The notes under the pieces were generated by a model that saw nothing but the letters and a program-made list of their open reading frames with translations, was not told the origin of the DNA and searched no databases. A DNA stretch of 64,000 bases from an uncultured Thermoleophilia bacterium. GTDB taxonomy: Bacteria; Actinomycetota; Thermoleophilia; UBA2241. The translations under genes and the position numbers were made by a program. Location: assembly GCA_963715985.1 (NCBI GenBank), contig CAVQSP010000004.1:1-64000 (forward strand). The letters are read 5' to 3'. Below are positions 23,955 through 33,561 of this stretch, piece after piece (the first letter of the stretch is position 1; every line of letters begins with the position of its first letter).

Positions 23955-25124
23955 TCAGATGCGCGGAGCGAAGAACCGCGCCAGGCGCGGCGCGACGTTG
24001 TCGATGGCCGCCGTGGGGCAGACCTCGGTGCACGCGTAGCAGCGCACGCAGCGCTTGTCGTCGAACAGCGGCAGCGGGTCGAGCCGGATGGCGGATGCGC
24101 CGCAGATGGTCGCGCAGTCGCGGCAGCGCGTGCACACGCCGGGCTCGACGAGGCGCGGCCGGGCGCTGACCCGGTCGCGGGCGAAGCGCTGGACGCCTCC
24201 CGGTATCCAGCTCGCCTCCTGGGAATCCCGGGCGGCGGGCTTGAACCCCCGCTCCGGCTCGATGGCGTCGCCGCGGAGCACGTACGGGTCGCCGAGGTCG
24301 ACGGCTCCCCGTCGCTCCGCCGCCGCCAGCACCCAGCAGGAGCGGCGCTCGAAGCCCACGCGGTCGGCGAGCGCCGTGTCGAGCGCGACCGCGTCGTGGG
24401 CCGCGAACAGCGACCCCAGCTCGCGGGGTGTCCCACTGCCCGGGCCCTGGCCCTCCATGGCGATGAGGGCGTCGATGATGGTGAAGCGCGGCCGCACGGC
24501 GAGGTGCAGGTCGAGCAGCATGTCGGCGAAGTCCTCGCGGCGGTTGGCACGGATGTGAAGCTGGGCTTTGGTGAGGCCGGGGATGCAGCCGTACGTGAGC
24601 TTGACGCCGCCGGTGAGACGCATCAGCTGATGGGTCTTGAGAGGGCCGACCTGGACGATGGCGTCGGCCTCGACGAAGGCCCTGCCCACGGGGAACGAGC
24701 GGTACAAGCGCCCGTCGGGGGCCGGCAGCGTCACGACGTCGTCCTCGATGTCGACGATCTGGACGCCCTCCGCCGCGCAGGCGTCGGTGAGCCCGCTGAT
24801 CTTGTAGGCGCGGGCCACCTTGGCGGCGCCGTTGCGGCCGCCGGGGCTGTCGGCCACGAAGGGCTCGGCGCCGGCGGCCTTGAGGGCGCGCAGCACGGCG
24901 CGCAGCGTCTCCGGGTGCGTGCTCACGGCCTTCTCCGGCGGGGCGCCGCGCAGCAGGTTGATCTTCACGGCCACCCGTTCTCCCGGCGCCACAAGGGCGG
25001 ACCAGCCGCCGAAGGGCTCGACGAGGCGGCCCAGGGAGTCGTCCAGACCCGGGCCGTGCTGCGCCTTGACGTGGCTGACCGGCGAGGGCGTGACCGGGGG
25101 AACCTGCGGCGGGCCGGCGCTCAC
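23955..25124 (-). CDS. DUF362-domain protein with C-terminal 2x[4Fe-4S] ferredoxin
   Basis: VAVKINLL, THPE, LKTHQLMRLTGGVK..YGCIPG, AMEGQGP; CTRCRDCATIC and CVRCYACTEVCP. Confidence 0.88.
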   Translation of the reverse strand: MSAGPPQVPPVTPSPVSHVKAQHGPGLDDSLGRLVEPFGGWSALVAPGERVAVKINLLRGAPPEKAVSTHPETLRAVLRALKAAGAEPFVADSPGGRNGAAKVARAYKISGLTDACAAEGVQIVDIEDDVVTLPAPDGRLYRSFPVGRAFVEADAIVQVGPLKTHQLMRLTGGVKLTYGCIPGLTKAQLHIRANRREDFADMLLDLHLAVRPRFTIIDALIAMEGQGPGSGTPRELGSLFAAHDAVALDTALADRVGFERRSCWVLAAAERRGAVDLGDPYVLRGDAIEPERGFKPAARDSQEASWIPGGVQRFARDRVSARPRLVEPGVCTRCRDCATICGASAIRLDPLPLFDDKRCVRCYACTEVCPTAAIDNVAPRLARFFAPRI

Positions 25125-25711
25125 GGCGCCGGCCTCTGCGCGAGCACGGCGACGTGGTACAGGCCCACCTCGCCGGGCTCGAACGTGGCCAGCTCCGTGA
25201 GGCCCATGCCGGCGATCAGGGCGCGCACCTCGTCGAAGGGCAGGACGTGGTCGTTGGGCGGCCCGACCGGCCGGTCCATGCGCGCGAACTCGACGGAGAG
25301 CAGGAGGGCGCCGGGCTTCATCAGCCGGACCACCTCCGCCAGAGCTGCCGGGTCGTCGTCGACGTGGTGCAGCACGTTCAGCATGAGCACGCGGTCGGCG
25401 ATGCCGTCGGGCAGCGGCACGTGGCCGCCGGCGCTGAGCACGACCTCGACCGTGCCCGCGGGCGGGTGGGCGGCCAGCTTGGCCCGCAGCCGGTCGAGCA
25501 GCGCGTCCTGCTCGTCCACGGCGATGACGGTGCCGCCCGGAAAGGCTTCGGCGAGCGCCATCGTGTACATGCCGGGGCCGGCGCCGAAGTCGATCAGCGT
25601 GTGCGCGTCATCCAGCTCGAGGAGGCGCACGAGGTTCGCCGGAGGCAACTCCGTGAGGCGCTCGGGGTTCTCCAGCTTGGAGGCGCGGGCGGGGTCGAAC
25701 TTCTCAGTCAA
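25121..25711 (-). CDS. Class I SAM-dependent methyltransferase
   Basis: KFDP..ASKLENPER, IDFGAGPG, NVLHH, GPP; TTG start assumed. Confidence 0.8.
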   Translation of the reverse strand: MTEKFDPARASKLENPERLTELPPANLVRLLELDDAHTLIDFGAGPGMYTMALAEAFPGGTVIAVDEQDALLDRLRAKLAAHPPAGTVEVVLSAGGHVPLPDGIADRVLMLNVLHHVDDDPAALAEVVRLMKPGALLLSVEFARMDRPVGPPNDHVLPFDEVRALIAGMGLTELATFEPGEVGLYHVAVLAQRPAP

Positions 25712-25719
25712 GAGGCGGG

Positions 25720-26001
25720 CTACTTGACGCAGCGCGCGTACTTGAGAAACGCCTCGAGGGCTCTCTCGACGGCCTCGGGAGGAGCGACGGGCTCGTCGCC
25801 GGCCTCCTCGGCCAGGCACTCACGCATCTTGAGGGAGATGAGCAGCACACCCACGCGGTCGAGCGCCGCCTTGGTGGCCGCGAGCTGCGTGAAGATCTCT
25901 TCGCAGGAGCGGCCTTCTTCGATCATGCGCTGCAGGCCGCGCGACTGGCCCTCCACGCGGCGCAGCCGGTTGATGAGGCGGCCGGCCTCGTCGCTGTTCA
26001 T
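25720..26001 (-). CDS. CsoR/RcnR-family repressor (CstR-like, lacks the metal-binding His)
   Basis: LINRLRRVEGQ.RG.QRM, CEEIFTQLAA; second Cys 29 residues later, with Lys at the His position. Confidence 0.88.
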   Translation of the reverse strand: MNSDEAGRLINRLRRVEGQSRGLQRMIEEGRSCEEIFTQLAATKAALDRVGVLLISLKMRECLAEEAGDEPVAPPEAVERALEAFLKYARCVK

Positions 26002-26023
26002 GAGCTCCTCCACACGCGGAACT

Positions 26024-26040
26024 ATACCCCCCGGGGGGAT
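26024..26040. promoter_or_regulatory. CsoR-family operator
   Basis: ATACCCCCCGGGGGGAT C-tract/G-tract palindrome about 22 bp upstream of the repressor gene. Confidence 0.75.
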
Positions 26041-26111
26041 GTCTCACAATACAGGGGAGACCCGAGCCTGAGCATCGGGGTACCTGCATGGGGTACGGGT
26101 CCTGGACGGAG

Positions 26112-26966
26112 TCAGCCGGCGGCTGCGGTCGCGGCCAGACACTCCAGGCCGGCCAGCAGCTCGTCGGGCAGGGGCCGGCCCGCGGAGCCGACGCCCAGGT
26201 GCGCGTCCGGCTTGACGGTGCCGTGGAAGTCCGAGCCCCCGGTGGGCGCCAGGGCGTAGCGTGCGGCGAGCTGCAGGCAGGCGGCCACCGTGGCCTCGTC
26301 GTGCAGCGGGTAGTAGCACTCGAGGCCGGCCATGCCCAGGCGCGCCGCCTCGCGCACGATGTGCTCGAGGCCCGCCGCGTCTGTGCGGATGATGCCGGGG
26401 TGCGCCAGCACCGGCAGCCCGCCCGAGGCGCGCAGCAGCCGGATGGCGGGGCCCATGGCGAGACGCCGCCGGTCCACCCAGGCGGGGGCCCCTCGCCGCA
26501 GGAAGCGCTCGAACGCTTCTTTGACCGAGCCCGCGTAGCCGCGGCGGACCATGGCCTCGCCGATGTGAGGCCGGCCGACGGCGCCGCCGCCGGAGACCGC
26601 CCTGAGGTCCGCCGTGTCGATGGGATAGCCGAGCTCGCGCAGCCGCGCGAGGATGCGCTCGTTGCGCTCGTCGCGATACAGGCGCAGCTCGGCGAGCTCC
26701 GCCCTCAGCTCCTCGCTCGGGGTCCCGCCGAGGAAGTACCCGAGCATGTCCATGGTGACCTGCTCGTGCTCGAGGTTGATCTCCACGCCGGGCACCACGC
26801 GGATGCCGAGGCGCTCGCCGGCGGCCAGCGCCTCGGGCAGCCCGTCCACGGTGTCGTGGTCGGTGACGGCCACGGCGCCGAGGCCGATGGCCGCCGCCTC
26901 CTCCACGAGCTGCGTGGGAGTGAGCGTGCCGTCCGAGAAGGTCGTATGGGTGTGCAGGTCGATCAC
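26112..26966 (-). CDS. PHP-domain phosphoesterase
   Basis: IDLHTHT..SDG, VTDHDT, GRPHI, VLAHP, GGSDFHG. Confidence 0.9.
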   Translation of the reverse strand: MIDLHTHTTFSDGTLTPTQLVEEAAAIGLGAVAVTDHDTVDGLPEALAAGERLGIRVVPGVEINLEHEQVTMDMLGYFLGGTPSEELRAELAELRLYRDERNERILARLRELGYPIDTADLRAVSGGGAVGRPHIGEAMVRRGYAGSVKEAFERFLRRGAPAWVDRRRLAMGPAIRLLRASGGLPVLAHPGIIRTDAAGLEHIVREAARLGMAGLECYYPLHDEATVAACLQLAARYALAPTGGSDFHGTVKPDAHLGVGSAGRPLPDELLAGLECLAATAAAG

Positions 26967-27142
26967 GGCCTTAACCTACCCCACGCCACACAAGAGCAGG
27001 GCTCGCAGGCGCCGCTGCGGGTCGCCCGCCGGCCATGGCGTGCGACTGCGTCGAGGCGCGCGCGGGCGGGTATGCTCCACACGCACGCCCGGCACCTGTC
27101 AGCCGCGTGCAGGCCAGTCACCCCGTCCACCGGAGGTCCGGA

Positions 27143-28183
27143 ATGCGTGTCGGCATGATCGCCCCGCCCTGGTTCCCCCTGCCGCCTCAAGGCTACGGCG
27201 GCATCGAGTTCGTCGTCAGCATGCTCACCGAGGGCCTGGTGCGGCATGGTCACGACGTCACCCTGTTCGCGAGCGGCGACTCGAGCACGGCCGCGGAGCT
27301 GAGCTACATCTTCGCGCGCGCCCCGTTCGAGCAGATCGAAGGCGGGGGCCACCTCGAGGTGGCACACAGTCTGGCCGCCTACAAGCGGGCGCGGGAGTTC
27401 GACGTCATCCACGACCACGACGGGCTGGCCAGCCGCGCCATGGGCGCTCTCGTCCACCACCTTCTGGGGACGCCGGTCCTGGCCACGCTGCACGGCCCGG
27501 CGGACAAGGTGACCCAACAGTCGCTCGGCCGCCTGCGCCGGGACATCGCCTTCATCGCCATCTCCGACTACCAGCGCCAGGGCTTCCCCGACCTGCGCTT
27601 CGTGGCCACCATCCCCAACGCCATCGACGTGGAGCACATGCCGTTCTCCGCCGAGAAGGACGACTACTTCCTCTTCGTGGGGCGCATGATCGCCGACAAG
27701 GGGGCGCACACGGCCATCGACGTGGCGCGCCGCCTCGACGAGCGTCTCATCATGGTGGGCAAGATCAACGAGGGTCCCGAGCGCGCCTACTACGCCGAGC
27801 AGGTCGAGCCCCACCTCTCCGACAAGATCCATTACCGCGGGGAGGTGGACCACGAGACGAAGGTGGAGCTCTACAAGCGCGCCCGCTGCACCCTGTTCCC
27901 CATCCAGTGGCCGGAGCCGTTCGGCCTGGTGATGATCGAGTCGCTGGCCTGCGGCACGCCGGTGATCGCCATGCGCCACGGCTCGGTGCCCGAGGTCATG
28001 GAGCACGGCCGCACCGGCTTCATCGTGGACACCGCCGACGAGATGCTCGAGGCGGCGCGGCACATCGACGAGATCGACCCGGCGGAGTGCCGCCGCGCCG
28101 TGGAGGAGCGCTTCGGCAGCGACGCCTTCGTCGCCGCCCACGAGGCCGCGTACCAGCAGCTGCTGGACGAGAAGCGGGTGTAG
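27143..28183 (+). CDS. Glycosyltransferase family 4
   Basis: PP.GYGGIE, GHDVTLFASGDS, EPFGLVMIESLACGTPV. Confidence 0.9.
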   Translation: MRVGMIAPPWFPLPPQGYGGIEFVVSMLTEGLVRHGHDVTLFASGDSSTAAELSYIFARAPFEQIEGGGHLEVAHSLAAYKRAREFDVIHDHDGLASRAMGALVHHLLGTPVLATLHGPADKVTQQSLGRLRRDIAFIAISDYQRQGFPDLRFVATIPNAIDVEHMPFSAEKDDYFLFVGRMIADKGAHTAIDVARRLDERLIMVGKINEGPERAYYAEQVEPHLSDKIHYRGEVDHETKVELYKRARCTLFPIQWPEPFGLVMIESLACGTPVIAMRHGSVPEVMEHGRTGFIVDTADEMLEAARHIDEIDPAECRRAVEERFGSDAFVAAHEAAYQQLLDEKRV

Positions 28184-28193
28184 GCTCCGCCCC

Positions 28194-29612
28194 ATGAAGC
28201 TCCCGTACGACGACGTCCACCTCATCGCCGACCCGCTGTACGGCTACCTGCGCATCACGCTGTCGCGGGCCGGGGAGATCGCCGAGGCCGACGTCATCGA
28301 CAACCCGTGGGTGCAGCGACTCAAGCGCATCCACCAGCTGCAGAGCTCCTGGTGGGTGTTCCCCACGGCCGAGCACAGCCGCTTCGCCCACAGCCTCGGC
28401 GCCATGCACCTCGCCGGGCAGCTGGCGCGGCAGGTGTACCCCACGCTGTGCGAGGTCGAGCCGGCCACGCCGTCACTGCCGCTGGTCGAGGAGACGCTGC
28501 GCCTGGCCGGGCTGCTGCACGACCTCGGCCACGGCCCCTTCAGCCACTTCTGCGACGCGCAGTACTTCTCGCCGGTGTTCGGCATCGACCACGAGCAGAT
28601 CTCGCAGTACCTCATCGTCAACGAGCTGGGCGGGCTGTTGGCCGAGCTGCGCCGCAGCCCGTCGGGCACCTTCGAGCCGGACGAGGCGGTGGACCCATGG
28701 CACGTCGCGTTCCTCGTGCGCGCCGAGGAGGGCCCGGGCGGCGTGGCCGGCCCCGGGTCGGACGCCGGCCCCATCCCGCGCTGGGTGCGCCTGCTGCACC
28801 GTGCCCTCTCCGGCGCGGTCACGGTGGACAACATGGACTACGTGCGGCGCGACGCGTACATGTGTGGCGTCGCGCTGGGCCCCGTGGACGTGGACAGGCT
28901 CGTCTACTACGCGTTCTGCACGGAGGACGGGCTCACGTTCCACAAGCGCGCGCTCAGCGCCCTCCGGGCGTTCCTCAACGCGCGCTTCTACATGTACGAG
29001 AACGTGTACTTCCACCGGGTGGGCCACGCCATCGACCTGCACCTGCACGAGATCTTCCGGCCCACCATGGCCTTCGTCCTGCCCGACAGCCCGCTCGACG
29101 ACCTGGCAGCCTACCGGCGCCTCACCGAGTGGTCCCTGTTCACGACCGTCGAGGACTGGCTGGACGAGCCGCTGGAGAGCGACAAGCGCGCCCTCGCCGA
29201 GCAGTGGCAGTCCATCATCCACCGGCACGTGAAGTACAGCATGGTGTATGAGCACCACGTGGAGCGGCAGCAGCCGCTGCCGGCCGCACGTGACCTCACG
29301 CGCGAGGAGTTCCACGAGGCCATCGTGCGCCGGCTGCCGAAGGAGCTCCGGCGCCTCGACTTCGTCGTCGACATCGCCTCCCAGGACCCCCGCCCGCTGA
29401 ACCCGCTGGTCGGGCCCAAGCGCATCGCCGTCTACGACCCCGCCACCGACCACATCGAGGAGCAGCTGCTGGGCGGCATCCTGGAGTTCGTGCCGGCCAA
29501 GGCCCACCTGTACCGCGTGTTCGCGGTGGGCCGCCAGTACGAGCGCGAGCTGGCCCTTGCGGCCCGCGCCGCGCTCGACGAGGTGGAGCCGCCCAGCCTC
29601 ATCAATCTCTGA
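28194..29612 (+). CDS. HD-domain dNTP triphosphohydrolase-like protein
   Basis: QRLKRIHQL, AEHSRFAHSLG, LLHDLGHGPFSH, DNMDYVRRD, MYENVYFH. Confidence 0.88.
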   Translation: MKLPYDDVHLIADPLYGYLRITLSRAGEIAEADVIDNPWVQRLKRIHQLQSSWWVFPTAEHSRFAHSLGAMHLAGQLARQVYPTLCEVEPATPSLPLVEETLRLAGLLHDLGHGPFSHFCDAQYFSPVFGIDHEQISQYLIVNELGGLLAELRRSPSGTFEPDEAVDPWHVAFLVRAEEGPGGVAGPGSDAGPIPRWVRLLHRALSGAVTVDNMDYVRRDAYMCGVALGPVDVDRLVYYAFCTEDGLTFHKRALSALRAFLNARFYMYENVYFHRVGHAIDLHLHEIFRPTMAFVLPDSPLDDLAAYRRLTEWSLFTTVEDWLDEPLESDKRALAEQWQSIIHRHVKYSMVYEHHVERQQPLPAARDLTREEFHEAIVRRLPKELRRLDFVVDIASQDPRPLNPLVGPKRIAVYDPATDHIEEQLLGGILEFVPAKAHLYRVFAVGRQYERELALAARAALDEVEPPSLINL

Positions 29613-29621
29613 GGGCGACGC

Positions 29622-29670
29622 GCCGGCCGCACGGCGCCGTGCCGGCCGCACTGCGGCGTGCCGGCCGCAC
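29622..29670. repeat. Three copies of GCCGGCCGCAC at a 19-bp period between convergent genes
   Basis: Copies start at 29622, 29641 and 29660. Confidence 0.55.
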
Positions 29671-29712
29671 GGCGACGCGCCTGCCACACGGCCGTGCCGG
29701 CTGCGGCGGGAC

Positions 29713-31140
29713 TCACTCCGGCGCGGGGTGGGTCATCTCCTCCGGGCGCACCCAGGCGTCGAACTGCTCGGCCGTGACGTCGCGGGAGGCCAGCGCCGCC
29801 TCCCTCAGGGTGAGCCCATCGCGGTGCGCCGCCCTCGCGATGCCCGCTGCCTTGTCGTAGCCGATGTGAGGGCTGAGCGCCGTGACCAGCATCAACGAGC
29901 CGTCGACATGGCGGCGGATCACGTCGAGGTCGGGCTCCAGCCCGCGGGCGCAGAACAGGTCGAAGGCGCGCACGGCTTCGGCGAGCAGCTCCGCCGACTC
30001 GAGCAGGTTGTGCAGGATCACGGGCTTGAAGACGTTGAGCTGGAAGGTGCCCTGCGAGCCGGCGAACGCCACGGCGGTGTCGTTGCCGTACACCTGCACC
30101 GCGACCTGCGTGAGCGCCTCGGCCTGCGTGGGGTTCACCTTGCCCGGCATGATGGACGACCCCGGCTCGTTCTCGGGGATGCGCAGCTCGCCGAGCCCGC
30201 TGCGCGGCCCCGACGCGTACAGGCGCACGTCGTTGGCGATCTTCATGCAGTCGCCGGCCAGGGTGCGCAGCGCGGCGCTGGCGTTGACCATGGCGTCGTG
30301 GGCGGAGAGCGCCGCGAAGAAGTCGGCGGCCGGGCGGAACGGCCGCCCGGTGAGCTCTGCGATGTGCCGGGCCGCCACCTCGGCGAAGCGCGGGTGCGTG
30401 TTGAGGCCGGTGCCCACGGCGGTGCCGCCGAGGGCCAGCTCGTAGAGGCCGGGCAGCGTGGCGCGCACCGTGGCCACGGCCTGGTCCAGCTGTGCGGCCC
30501 AGCCGCCGATGACCTGGCCCAGGGTGAGCGGCGTGGCGTCCTGCAGGTGCGTGCGGCCGATCATGACCACGCCGGCATACTCCCCGGCTTTGGCGCGAAG
30601 CGTGTCGCGCAGCTGCTCCACGGCCGGGATGAGCACGTCCTCGAGCTGTTCCGCCGCGGCGATGTGCATCACGGTCGGGAACGTGTCGTTGCTCGACTGC
30701 CCGAGATTGACGTCGTCGTTGGGGTGGATGGGGCGGGCCAGGCCGCCTGCGGCGCCGCCCGCCCGCGCCTGCGCACCCGCGAGCTCGTTGGCCCGCGCGG
30801 CGATGACCTCGTTGGCGTTCATGTTGGACTGCGTGCCGGACCCGGTCTGGAAGACGACGAGCGGGAACTCGTCGTCCAGCAGCCCGTCGGCGACTTCCTG
30901 CGCCGCGGCGGCGATGAGCGCGGCGCGCTCGGGGGCGAGCATGCCGAGCTCCTCGTTCGCGCGCGCCGCCGCCAGCTTGAGGGTGCCGAGCGCGCCGATC
31001 ACCGGCCGCCCCCAGCGGAAGCGCGCCACGCCGATGGGGAAGTGCTCCACAGCGCGCTGCGTCTGTGCGCCCCAGTAGTGGTCCGCCGGTACCATGACCT
31101 CGCCGAGGCTGTCGTGTTCGCTGCGCCACTCGCCGTCCAT
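29713..31140 (-). CDS. fumC: Class II fumarate hydratase
   Basis: [51 protein letters not shown]. Confidence 0.96.
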   Translation of the reverse strand: MDGEWRSEHDSLGEVMVPADHYWGAQTQRAVEHFPIGVARFRWGRPVIGALGTLKLAAARANEELGMLAPERAALIAAAAQEVADGLLDDEFPLVVFQTGSGTQSNMNANEVIAARANELAGAQARAGGAAGGLARPIHPNDDVNLGQSSNDTFPTVMHIAAAEQLEDVLIPAVEQLRDTLRAKAGEYAGVVMIGRTHLQDATPLTLGQVIGGWAAQLDQAVATVRATLPGLYELALGGTAVGTGLNTHPRFAEVAARHIAELTGRPFRPAADFFAALSAHDAMVNASAALRTLAGDCMKIANDVRLYASGPRSGLGELRIPENEPGSSIMPGKVNPTQAEALTQVAVQVYGNDTAVAFAGSQGTFQLNVFKPVILHNLLESAELLAEAVRAFDLFCARGLEPDLDVIRRHVDGSLMLVTALSPHIGYDKAAGIARAAHRDGLTLREAALASRDVTAEQFDAWVRPEEMTHPAPE

Positions 31141-31245
31141 GAGGCACACACTACCCGGCTCCGCCGATTCGTAGCGCGCGGCACTTGCCCTCGCACCCAC
31201 CTGTATGGATACTTCTCGGGCACCACTGCCCTCCGAGGAGACGAT

Positions 31246-31929
31246 GTGGACGAACCTGTGAAGCCCGTGGCACGCAAGGGCCGGCTGGAGATCCCGTTCC
31301 AGGATCCCGTCTCGAGCCTCCCCAAGACGGCGCAGAAGATCCTCGCTGCGGCCCGCAAGCTCCTCGTGGAGCGGGGCTACGAGGCCATGACGCTGGAGAA
31401 CGTGGCCGCCGAGGCGGGCGTCAACAAGGCGTCGATCCGCTACAACTTCGGCAACAAGGCCGGCCTCGTGACCGCGGTGCTGGACTCGTACATCCACGAC
31501 GAGTGCGAGCGCCTCGTGGCGACCATCAAGGACGTCCCGCCCGACAAGGTCGTGGACACGGCCGTCGCCGGCATGCGCAACATGGTGGTGGAGGCCGACA
31601 ACTTCTCCGGCTACTTCGACATCCTCCCCTATGCGTTCCGCGAGGAGGAGCTGCGCGAGCGCATGCTCGCACTGTACAAGTGGTGGTACCTGCAGAACCT
31701 CGCGTGGCTGGGGCTGAGGGACGTCCCCGGCGTGGAGCAGAACGAGACCCTCGTCGGTCTCGGGGAGCTCGTGTGCGCCGTCATCGACGGCCTCTGCATC
31801 CAGGCCGGACTGCAACCGGACGGCTTCGACATGGGCCGGGCCATGGACGTGTTCGGGCTGCTGCTGCGGCACTCCATGGACGAGCTGCGCGTAGTGGCCG
31901 GGGTGACGCCGGCGCCCGACACGGCCTGA
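31246..31929 (+). CDS. TetR/AcrR-family transcriptional regulator
   Basis: [44 protein letters not shown] helix-turn-helix; GAGGAG RBS. Confidence 0.9.
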   Translation: MDEPVKPVARKGRLEIPFQDPVSSLPKTAQKILAAARKLLVERGYEAMTLENVAAEAGVNKASIRYNFGNKAGLVTAVLDSYIHDECERLVATIKDVPPDKVVDTAVAGMRNMVVEADNFSGYFDILPYAFREEELRERMLALYKWWYLQNLAWLGLRDVPGVEQNETLVGLGELVCAVIDGLCIQAGLQPDGFDMGRAMDVFGLLLRHSMDELRVVAGVTPAPDTA

Positions 31930-31996
31930 CGGCCGCGGAGGCGTCGGCGTCCGGCGCGACGTCCCGGGCCCGCTCTGGGGACGACGGTGCGTCGCC

Positions 31997-32024
31997 TTGA
32001 CACCCCCCCGGGCACGACTACAAT
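31997..32024 (+). promoter_or_regulatory. Near-consensus primary-sigma promoter for mttB-mtbB
   Basis: TTGACA (31997-32002), 16-nt spacer containing a C7 run, TACAAT (32019-32024). Confidence 0.7.
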
Positions 32025-32091
32025 GTCGCCACCCAGGTGGGTAGAAGGCCCCGCTCCTGCCGCCCTCGAGCACGACCCAGAAGGGACAGCC

Positions 32092-33561
32092 GTGAAACGA
32101 AACCTGTTCGCCGGCCGCCGGCGCAGCGAGGGCGTGCAGCTCAGCGTCCTCACCGACGACGACCTGCTCGACATCCACTCCGGCACGCTGGAGGTGCTGG
32201 ATCGCACCGGCGTGTTCGTGGAGGCGGAGGAGGCCCGCGAGGTCTTCGCCCGCGCGGGCGCCGAGGTCGACGACGGCACCGGTGTGGTGCGCATCCCGCC
32301 CCACGTGGTCGAGGAGGCCCTGCGCACCGTGCCGTCCAAGGTCGTGCTCGCGGGGCGCGACCCGAAGAACGACATCGTGCTCGAGCCGGGGCGGGTGGGC
32401 TTCACCAATTTCGGCGAGGGCGTCAAGGTCGTGGACCCGTACACCGGCGAGGTGCGCGTTCCCACCAAGGACGACGTCGGCACCACGGCCAAGGCCGTCG
32501 ACTACCTCCCCAACGTGGACGTGTACGAGCGCGCCCTCACGGCCATGGACGTGCCCCAGGAGTCGGCCCCGTTGCACCAGGCCGAGGCCTGGATGACCAA
32601 CACCTCCAAACACGGCTTCATGGGCTCGGGCAACGGCTACCTCTCGGAGAAGCTCCTCGACATGGCGGCGGCCATCGTCGGTGGCCGCGACAAGCTTGCC
32701 CGGCGGCCGATCATCTCGTTCATCACGTGCCCGGTGAGCCCGCTCAAACTGGTGCGGGACACCTGCGAGATCATCATGAGCGCGGCCCGCGGCGGCGTTG
32801 CCGTGAACATCCTCTCCATGGCCATGGCCGGCGGCTCCTCGCCGGTCACCCTGGCCGGGACGCTGGTCACACACAACGCCGAGGTGCTGGCGGGGCTCAC
32901 GCTCAACCAGCTCACGCGGCCGGGGGCGGCGGTGGTGTACGGCAGCTCCACCACCGCCATGGACCTGCGGCTCGCCGCCGCCTCGGTGGGCTCTCCGGAG
33001 TGCTCGCTCATCAGCGCCGCCGTCGCGCAGATCGCGCGCTTCTACCTCCTGCCCAGCTGGGTCGCCGGTGCGTAGGGCGACTCCAAAGTGGTCGATGCCC
33101 AGAGTGGCCACGAGAAGACCCTGACCGGCCTGATGCCGGCGTTGGCAGGTGCCAACCTCATCTACGGTCTGGGGATGATCGAGTCGGGCATGACCTTCGA
33201 CTTCGGGCAGCTCGTCATGGACGACGAGTTCGCCGGCATGATCAAGCAGTGCGTCGCCGGCATCCCGGTCAACGACGAGACGCTCGCCCTCGACGTCATC
33301 CACGAGGTCGGGCCCTTCCAGGACTTCCTGAGCCACGACCACACCATGGCGCACATGCGCTCCACCTCGCAGCCGGCGCTCATCGACCGCCGCGTCCGCG
33401 ACGAGTGGGCGGCCATGGGGTCGAGCACGTTGCACGAGCGGGCGCTCGCCAAGGCGAGGGTCATCATCGAGACGCACGTCCCGGAGCCGCTGCCTGAGGG
33501 TGTCCCGGAGGAACTGGCGGCCATCATCGCGGCCGCCGAACGCGAGCTGGGGGTGGGCTGA
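32092..33561 (+). CDS. mttB: Trimethylamine:corrinoid methyltransferase with in-frame amber codon (pyrrolysine) at 33073-33075; 489 aa on readthrough
   Basis: [60 protein letters not shown]-[TAG][15 protein letters not shown], [14 protein letters not shown]; ORFs 31987-33075 and 33088-33561 share a frame. Confidence 0.95.

Noticed and set aside
29622-29670. Possible mini-CRISPR array
   Set aside because: The repeats are 11 bp with 8-bp gaps, far too short, and no cas genes are present.
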